Shown: positions 55,401-64,000 of the stretch, one piece after another | Layout: every line of letters begins with the position of its first letter | Numbering within the stretch: the stretch's first letter is position 1 | Source: Octopus bimaculoides | Lineage: Eukaryota | Reading direction: 5' to 3' | DNA length: 64,000 nucleotides | Assembly (NCBI RefSeq): GCF_001194135.2 | Contig: NC_068982.1 | Location: 163,231,699-163,295,698 of the forward strand | Program-made: the position numbers and the translations under genes | Notes under the pieces: model-generated | The model's database searches: none | Told to the model about the DNA's origin: nothing | The model's input: only the letters and a program-made list of their open reading frames with translations

Positions 55401-56324
55401 CATAGTATAATAATGTAATACTGATGATTACTATATTGCTATGATAGCTATTTCATTATATAATCCTATACTGTACTGACCGGTGGGGTAGCTAATGTCC
55501 AATACTGTCCAATACTATACTACTGATTATTGTAGTAGTTATTATATTGTACATTTCTATACTTGCACTTTTGTTGACACTTTTTCCAGGTACTGATATG
55601 TATAGTTCTGGTAGCCACTCTGATGCATAGCATTGTATCAATAATTGTAGCATATATATTATTATACCATATAACACTGGAGTGTTGATGTAGCTATTGG
55701 TTTATATCATATTGAGCTGATTAGTGTAGTTATTGTACTGTATAGTACAGTACTAATGTAGCAGTTAGTATATAGTGCTGTGTAGGTTGTCATAAGTACT
55801 GTATGATACTGTGCTGGTTGTAGTAGTAGTAGTAGCCACTAGTGTAGTAGATATCATACACTATAGTGTTGTGATGGTTATTGAGGTAACTGTTGTAGTG
55901 ACTAGTGTGCTGTATATAACAGTACTGACTGTTGAAGTGATGCTTGAGACATGCTTATTTAGGAAAGCATTTCAATCCAAGAAGATATTTTAAGACTAAA
56001 GAACATCATGGTGGAGTCATTGTAGCCTTTAAAAACTTATATGCTGTTAAATTCACTTTTACTTCATTAGTATAATTTAGTAGGAGTAATAGTAGTTTAG
56101 TATTAAGTATCAGAAAGTTTTCCATTATACAACATCAGGTTGGTCACTTATATTCTATTGTATCTATTAAACTCAATTCTTGTCCCACTTCTTAGAGGTT
56201 GTGGTGTGAATTGCTGACAAATGTCAAAAAGGCCAATTTAATTGCGATAAGCAAAACTGTAATTCAAACTGGTATTTACATTGGAAATGCCAAGACCGAA
56301 CAATTGTCCTTCTTTACATACATA

Positions 56325-57415
56325 CATCATCATCATCATCATCGTTTAACGTCTGCCTTCCATGCTAGCATGGGTTGGACGATTTGACTGAGGACTGGTG
56401 AAACCGGATGGCAACACCAGGCTCCAATCTAATTTGGCAGAGTTTCTACAGCTGGATGCTCTTCCTAACGCCAACCACTCAGAGAGTGTAGTGGGTGCTT
56501 TTACGTGTCACCCACACGAAAACGGCCACGCTCGAAATGGTGTCTTTTATGTGCCACCCGCACAAGAGCCAGTTCAGGGGCACCGGCAACGATCTCGCTC
56601 GAAAAACCTCATGTGTCACTCGCACAAGAACCAGTCCATGNNNNNNNNNNNNNNNNNNNNNNNNNNNNNNNNNNNNNNNNNNNNNNNNNNNNNNNNNNNN
56701 NNNNNNNNNNNNNNNNNNNNNNNNNNNNNNNNNNNNNNNNNNNNNNNNNNNNNNNNNNNNNNNNNNNNNNNNNNNNNNNNNNNNNNNNNNNNNNNNNNNN
56801 NNNNNNNNNNNNNNNNNNNNNNNNNNNNNNNNNNNNNNNNNNNNNNNNNNNNNNNNNNNNNNNNNNNNNNNNNNNNNNNNNNNNNNNNNNNNNNNNNNNN
56901 NNNNNNNNNNNNNNNNNNNNNNNNNNNNNNNNNNNNNNNNNNNNNNNNNNNNNNNNNNNNNNNNNNNNNNNNNNNNNNNNNNNNNNNNNNNNNNNNNNNN
57001 NNNNNNNNNNNNNNNNNNNNNNNNNNNNNNNNNNNNNNNNNNNNNNNNNNNNNNNNNNNNNNNNNNNNNNNNNNNNNNNNNNNNNNNNNNNNNNNNNNNN
57101 NNNNNNNNNGTCGCCTGCACATGAGCCAGTCGAGGGGCACTGGCAACGATCCCGCTCGAAAGATTTCATGTGTCGCCCGCACATGAGCAAGTCCGGGGGC
57201 ACTGGCAAACGATCCCGCTCGAAAGATATCATGTGTCGCCTGCACATGAGCCAGTCCAGGGGCATTGGCAACGATCCCGCTTGAAAAATTTCATGTGTCG
57301 CCCGCACATGAGCCAGTCCGGGGGCACTGGCAAACGATCCCGCTCGAAGCATTTCATGTGTCACCCGCACATGAGCCAGTCTAGGGGCACCGGCAGCGAT
57401 CTCGCTCGAAAGATA
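56325..57415. repeat. SINE/RTE-tail-type element ((GAT)n tail on the minus strand) continuing into a GC-rich 62/63-bp minisatellite that spans a gap
   Basis: (CAT)n cgtttaac...catgctagcatgg...ctggatgctcttcctaacgccaacc is followed by tandem units tgtcgcc(c/t)gcacatgagccagtc..ggggcactggca(a)acgatcccgctcgaaagatttca. There are five units at 57109-57415 and about two before the gap. Confidence 0.85.
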
Positions 57416-57479
57416 CCTTGCTAAGAAATAAATGACACAAATAAATGCAATAAGAAAATAAGGTAAAAACTCTCAATGA

Positions 57480-57900
57480 CATATATAAACTAATGAGCTT
57501 TGGGACGACTGGAAAGATTGATCTATGAGCACCAAGACAAAGATACACTTCTTCAAGTGTCCAGTCTAGGCAGCGATCTTATATGGTCATGAAACACGAA
57601 CCCTAAAAGTAGTTGATGAGAAGAAATTGATAGTTTTTGCAATTTGGATATACAGATTTATCGCCGGAGTGTCATATTCTGAAAAGTAAAAACAATAATT
57701 TCATCCTTGAAAAAATTCTGTAAACTGTTATCCAAAAGAAACTTTGCCCATTATTTTGGAAACAACTTAAGAACTGATAACACGCTGTACTTGAAGGCAG
57801 AGTAGAAAGAAGACCCTCCTGCGGCAAACAGGACAACTTTACAGAGATGCAAGAAGTTTGACTGTTGGTAGAGTACAGTGGAAGAAAGTGGTCACAGAGG
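57480..57900 (+). mobile_element. Degenerate RTE-clade LINE 3' fragment
   Basis: TKIHFFKCPV*AAILYGHETRTLKVVDEKKLIVFAIWIYRFIAGVSYSEK matches the RTE motif LYGxETWTL...W.YRR..ISW. Confidence 0.55.
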
Positions 57901-58487
57901 TTCTGACAGAGTATGGCATGTGGTGATAACGATTATGATGATGTGGGCATCTTGGATTCACTTTTCCTTCTTTCTTCTTTTTTTTTCTATGACACTCTCT
58001 GTTTATCTCACTCACTTTCTGTTCCTCTTTATTTGTTTTTACATTGTATTAGTTACACTGTTGTACGATGCTGCTCTATAATCACTGTAGTAGTAGCTAC
58101 TGAACTGTATGACATTGATACTGAACCATTCAGTAAGGTAAAAAAAAAAAAAGGTTGCATTACCTAGCAGTTATGGTGTTGGCGGTCACATCTGTTAGGT
58201 TGCTGATTTGATGATGTGTTGTGTTCTTGAGCAAGGCACATCATTTCACATTGCTATAGGTCGCTTAACTGAAAATACATATCACCAGCATTTGGTGGTT
58301 AACCTTCAACATATTGGCATCCTGTTCAATGGGGTGTCTTGTATTCTCAGTCACCTAAATGCTTCAAAAAACCTCTACAAGCTCTGGCCTCATGTGTCTA
58401 GGTTCAAGCCAGACTCTCCTTCAATAGTAAAGCACAAACTAATCATCATAGCTGTTTTGGTAGTTACTTTATTGATAGTGTTGTACT

Positions 58488-58599
58488 AAGAGCCATCTTA
58501 GCAGCATTATAGACCCTGGGGCATACCAGTGCTCTGGGACCTAGACCCATGAAACCCCTGGGCAATTGTCTAGTATGCCTATGCCTTAAGATGGCACTG
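58488..58599. mobile_element. Short hAT-type MITE (112 bp)
   Basis: Imperfect TIR aagagccatctta / taagatggcactg. Flanking 8-mers gttgtact / gctgtacc match at 6/8 (both differences are transitions). Confidence 0.55.
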
Positions 58600-59803
58600 G
58601 CTGTACCAGCTATTTGAGTAACTGTTGCTGTGTTACTGGCTGCTGTTGTACTGTCTTTAAACACTGCTTCATGTTGAGGCAATGTTGGTAATATCAAGGT
58701 TTCAATCCCTGTCAATTTCTTATTGAAAGAAGTGAAGAAAAAGTAAAGTAAGCAATCTGCTGTCTTTTGACCCAATTACAGTGAGGTGGTTCCAAACATA
58801 TGCTGGTCAGGTCAAACATGTCCCCAGAAGAATGGAGAGTAATATGTTGGAAAGTGTACTTGAACTTGATATCTTCATTTTCAAATCTATAATTTTTATC
58901 AACGGAACCAACTAATTATTTGCTTTGTAAGCTTGCACAATCAGGGCTGACCTGGGGCTACACAACAACAAAAACAACAACAACGACAACAACAACAACA
59001 GTTAATTAATTACCATTGATTTGTAAAAGAGAAGTATGCATGCAAAGTTCAATGAAAATAAATATCACTGCCATCCTCACCATCAGCATAATCAACATTA
59101 CCACCAATCCTAAGGCCACTGCTATCACGATCTCCACCACTGTCAACACCACCATCACCACCACACCCTCACTTTCATCGACATCACCAATAACGTTGAC
59201 ATTGCCATCAATAACTTCATCACCAGCATCACCATCTTCTTCGTCCTCACTAACATTACCACCACCGCTGTCATAATCTTTTTTAGAATCACTCTGCTAA
59301 TAACATTGGCTAATACATTAGGTTTTAATTTACACTGTCTCCCTGAAAATATAGATTAGCAGGTATTGATGAAGAACAAAGCAATCATCATCATCATCAT
59401 CATCATGACCACTGCCACCATCACCACTGTGTCCATCATCTATAACCACCATATTCCCTTCTCCTAAAAAGAACCAGACATGTCTGTTTGGTTGCACCTG
59501 ACATTATGCCAAAATACATAGTGTTAGGTTAGGGGCTGATACCAAATACTTTGGTGTACATTACCAGATGTGCTACAATAAATATAATTAGCACTAAAGT
59601 ACTTATTATGAATCAGAAGAGGTAAAAAGGCTTATGGCTGATTGCCCTTCTTGTCATTAAGCAGTATTCCAAAAGATATTGATGAAAGACATACACACAC
59701 ACATGCACATGTGTGTATGAGTGTCAGTGTGTGTACATGCAAGTATGCATGTGTATGTCAGTGTGCGCGTGTGTGTATATATACATATATATATATATAT
59801 ATA

Positions 59804-60082
59804 GGCACAGGAGTGGCTGTGTGTGGTAAGAAGCTTGCTTCCCAATCACATGGTTCTGGGTTCAGTTTTACTGTGTAGCACCTTGGGCAAGTTACTACTT
59901 GACAACTGGTGTTGGTGCGTTTACTTCTCTGTAACTTAGCAGTTCGGTAAAAGAGACCAATAGAATAAGTACCAGGCTTAAAAAATAAGTACTGGTGTCG
60001 ATTCATTCGACTAAAAATTCAAGGCAGTGCCCCAGCATGGCCACAGTCTAATGACTGAAACAAATAAAAGATAAAAGATAAA

Positions 60083-60084
<2 letters not shown>
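59804..60084 (+). mobile_element. Apparently full-length tRNA-derived SINE (second family); head-sharing copies at ~62770-62935(+), 61765-61880(+), 6065-6220(-), 11395-11550(-), 34300-34405(-)
   Basis: A-box TGGCTGTGTGTGG, B-box GGTTCAGTTT/CC, ccttgggcaag core, and a (GATAAAA)n tail, inserted after (TA)n. Confidence 0.75.
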
Positions 60085-60155
<71 letters not shown>

Positions 60156-60462
60156 TGATACACACACACACAATTTTTTTATGTTAGAGTGTGTGTGTGT
60201 ATGTGTGTGTGTGTGTGTGTGTGTGAAAGTGCATGGTCTAGTGGTTTGATTCTTGGACTGGGCGGTACATTGTACCTTTGAGCAAGACACTTCATTTTAA
60301 ATTGCTCCAGTTTACTCAGATGTGAATGGGTAACCCTGTGATGGAATAGCCTTCCAATCGAAGAATGTTGGCCTGCTCACCTAGCCAATGGGGTAACATC
60401 ATTTGAAAGTTTAAAAAAATGTGAAGTGCATTGTGACTAGTGATGTATAACAACATCCAATA

Positions 60463-60507
<45 letters not shown>

Positions 60508-61263
60508 GCAGACCAGAACCAGCCTATAGGCAGAAATTCCCTGTTCACCCTTTAGGTCCATAAGATTTACCAATTGGACTGGTATAAAGCAGATAACTCA
60601 TCCTGTTTCAGGCTCAGACAGCATATATTATTCTTTCATTTACAAATTAATTGATGGTAATGGTTTTCTAACTCTAGTTTCAATAGAGCTTATATGCCTG
60701 TGGCCATTAGAATCTGATGAGTTGTCTATAAAGCTAAGCGCTTTATGGATGCAAAACCATTGGTCACTCTATACTGGACATATATTTAACATCATGTAAA
60801 TATATATATATATATATATAAACTTGAGTATTTGTGCGTACACATCTGTATGTGTGTGTGTGTGTGTGTGTGTGCATGTATGTATATGAAAACGTGAGTG
60901 TTTACTTCAAAATGACAACACTCAGCTACTCAAAAACACTTACACAAACATACATCAATTTAGGACCTGACAGGTAGTTATTAATAACAAATTCTTACTT
61001 TTGACACACAATGAGGATTATGTACAGAAAGGGCCCAATCAATTACATTAATCCTTGTACATTCCTGATTCTTATTTGTTGATCTAGGATGGATGAAAAG
61101 CAATTGTTAAACCCCAGTAAGATTTAAACTTGAAACGTAGAAAGTCCAAACCAAACCCTAACCCTAACCCAGAACTGTACCTTATTAGCCACTACTCCCA
61201 TTCAATATTTACTCCACTTACTGCTAAAGTACACAGGTTTATGATATAAATTGAACCCATAAC

Positions 61264-61313
<50 letters not shown>

Positions 61314-62434
61314 TTAATGTATGACTTATCTATGTAGTAATATATCAAAACCTCAATCCAAATACATCAATACAGTCCAGTTGAATTACTGACCCAACTC
61401 TATTGAATAGAAATGCTCTTAAATCTAGCAAGCAACATACAAATGTAAACAGATTCAAACTTTGTCTTTTGCAAACTTTGTCCACCAAACTCTAGACAAA
61501 CTGCCTAAATCCAGATATGATTCTTTGGACAATAATTCTTTGCTTGAGTGGAGAGAATGTTCTCCATTTTAAATATGTAATTCACTGACTATGTGATGCT
61601 ATGGAATTAGACATGCGTTGACTCACACAATGTGCTGGTTGAAAATACAGACACACACACACACATGTATACATACTTATATAAATACATGTATAGATGT
61701 ACAGATCTCTTTGTGTGTGTGTGTGTGTGTGTATGTGTGTGTGTATGTGTTATGGCAGAGACATGATGGTAATTAAGAAGTTTGCTTTCAAACTATGTAG
61801 TCTCAGGTTCAATCCCAATGTACAATACCTTGGGCAAGTGTCATGAGAGTAAATGTGGTAGATGGAAACTGCAGAAAGCCCATGACATATCTAATTCTTT
61901 CTTTCTTTCTTTCCGCCTGCCCGGTATGTTGATACAAACAGGAAAAGTAGAACTTAAAATATGAGTATGTGTATTTTTATTAGTATTTAGCAGAAGCAAC
62001 AGAGTGGCTCAAGGTCTGAGAGTTTTGTGCATTGGCACTTAGCAAACTTGATAAATGCTAGTGCATGAAACTCTCGGACGTTGAGTCATTCTGTTACTTC
62101 TGCTAAATATCAATATCAATATATATATATACATATATATATATANNNNNNNNNNNNNNNNNNNNNNNNNNNNNNNNNNNNNNNNNNNNNNNNNNNNNNN
62201 NNNNNNNNNNNNNNNNNNNNNNNGGTATGAGAGGTATTGGGTCAAAAAGACTCAAAAGTGTCAGGTAATGCTGAGTAAGTGCTATGGACAGACTATAGTT
62301 AAGCTCCAGGTTCAATAATGATACGAATGAGGAGTCCAACATAGGTTGTGTATTAGCATTCATATATATAAAAATTAACAGAATGAGATAAAAAATCCAA
62401 GGCTGTGAATAGTTTTCAGAACATTCATAAAGAG

Positions 62435-62482
62435 GTCTTACAGCTGTTTCCAGGATATTTTATATATCCCTTTATCAGAGAC
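62435..62482 (-). ncRNA. Mirror copy of the hammerhead motif with a mutated core (CTGATAA, G8A)
   Basis: Reverse complement gtctCTGATAAagggatatataaaatatcctgGAAAcagctGTAagac. Confidence 0.55.
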
Positions 62483-62649
62483 GGTGTGAGAAAATGTTTA
62501 AGTAATAGTTAGTATAAAGAAGATATGAAATACAGAGTAAAGTGGAGGAATGAAAATAGACATATCTCAAGTCTGTTTTCATTCCTCCACTTCACTCTGC
62601 ATTTCATATCTTCTCTATAATAACTATTACTTAAACGTTTTCTCGCAGT

Positions 62650-62697
62650 GTCTCTGATGAAGGGATATATAAAATATCCCGGAAACAGCTGTAAGAC
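62650..62697 (+). ncRNA. Type I hammerhead-ribozyme-like motif in the right arm of the palindrome
   Basis: Stem I GTCT/AGAC; CTGATGA; stem II GGGATAT-ataaa-ATATCCC; GAAA; palindromic ACAGCTGT stem III; GUA site (62691-62693). Confidence 0.7.
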
Positions 62698-63915
62698 CTC
62701 TTTATGAATGTTCTGAAAACTATTCACAGCCTTGGATTTTTTATCTCATTCTGTTAATTTATATATATAGGCGCGGGCATGGCTGTGTGGTGAGGAAGCT
62801 TGCTTCCCAGCTACATGGTTTCGGGTTCAGTCCCACCACGTGGCACCTTGGGCAAGTGTCTTCTGCTATAGCCCCGAGCCGACCGAAGCTTTGTGATTGA
62901 ATTTGGTAGGCAGAAGTTACTGCCCCGTGTGTATTTGTCTGTGTATGTGCTTGTGCCTCTCTCCCAAAGAGAGAGAGAGAGAGGGAGAGAGAGGGGGAGA
63001 GAGAGGGAGAGAGAGAGAGGGATATATATACACACACATATATATATGTATGTATACACACACACTTATGTACAAATGGAGGTATTGGTTGGAACAAACC
63101 AAATGACTTCTTTCTCTACAAAAATAACAGCTGTAGTTACTTTTAAGTTATATGTCAGTTGTACTGTTAGAAAAAACCATTTTAAGTGATATATCTGTCA
63201 ACATGCTCCTCCTTCATAGATATCTGGGCAGCAGGTTACTCAGTGTTTTATGCTTATAGTCAATATTATACAGTAATGAAGGAGGGTCAAAGTTGTTTGG
63301 CTAAAAATTTTGCAACATGGTAAGCTGTTCATTTATTGGTTGTTCCTTTTTAGTGCAAGGGAAAGAATCATCATACAAGGAGTCTATTTTATTTAATTTT
63401 TCATGAGTGAAGTTTAAGCTTAATGTAATGAAGTATATTATATAATCTTTATATATTTAATTTGATTTGTTTTCCTCTTGTCATACAGAAGCTGCCAGTT
63501 TCATTAAATTGAATCTCTTCAGTACAAAGAAATTCATTAACTTCAATCTCTTCAGTACAATGTAATTAAGGGTGTATTAATTACATTACATTATTTACAT
63601 TACAGAAGGAAGATATTTGACGGAAGCATTTCACTAGGGAGAAATAATTTTTGTTCATAGGTTTACATACACACACACACACACGCACACATACAGATTA
63701 TGACTTTTGTTACTATGCTAGTTTGGGAGCTCAACCATCAAGAGCTGAATAATTGCAGTATGTTTCTAATTAAAAATTGAGAATGACATTTAAAGACAAA
63801 GTATTCAATATACAAAGTATAATGGGCGTATTTATTTATCAAAATAATAGCTCATATTATTATAATAGTCAAAGCACTCACCTAACAGGAGCTTAATAAG
63901 TGTTGTAATGTAAAT

Positions 63916-63976
<61 letters not shown>

Positions 63977-64000
63977 TTCCACTTTGTGTACACCATCACC

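Larger units (their letters stand above)
62372..62760. repeat. 389-bp fold-back palindrome (190-bp arms, 9-nt loop) within (TA)n
   Basis: 62372-62561 is the reverse complement of 62571-62760, with 11 mismatches by manual alignment; the outer 80 bp are identical. Confidence 0.95.

Noticed and set aside
56500-57424. CRISPR-like array, or long ORFs in the 62/63-bp repeat
   Set aside because: The units are contiguous with no unique spacers, there are no cas genes and the context is eukaryotic; the ORFs arise from repeat sequence and N-runs.
58810-58835. Minus-strand TTC TGG GGA (FWG) as the missing MOGS WGxYR exon
   Set aside because: It continues H-V-stop, with no YR/YFG and no phase-2 donor.
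61154-61170. Interstitial telomeric repeat (CCCTAA)n
   Set aside because: Fewer than three units, lying inside a SINE copy; too short to call.

Overview
AT-rich, repeat-dense eukaryotic genomic DNA from a draft assembly with six N-gaps. The SINE families and microsatellite load suggest a cephalopod (octopus-like) genome; this is inferred, not verified. One protein-coding gene is recognisable: MOGS/GCS1 (ER glucosidase I, GH63) on the minus strand. It has a 262-nt internal exon (42818-43079) spliced in phase 0 across a ~10.7 kb intron to a 1887-nt terminal exon (30262-32148). The N-terminal exon(s) are not visible and lie in a gap or beyond the window. The rest is decayed non-LTR retroelements (R4/Dong-, CR1/L2-, RTE- and Tx1-like), three mariner relics, hAT- and TTAA-type MITEs, many tRNA-derived SINEs (two co-oriented clusters), a 62/63-bp minisatellite and microsatellites. 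The most interesting unannotated signal is a set of hammerhead-ribozyme-like motifs with palindromic stem III, resembling those of Penelope-like elements, at 124-159, 425-512 and 62650-62697. The last sits in a 389-bp fold-back that carries a mutated mirror copy on the other strand. All alignments were done by eye, and repeat boundaries are approximate unless terminal repeats or target-site duplications are quoted.
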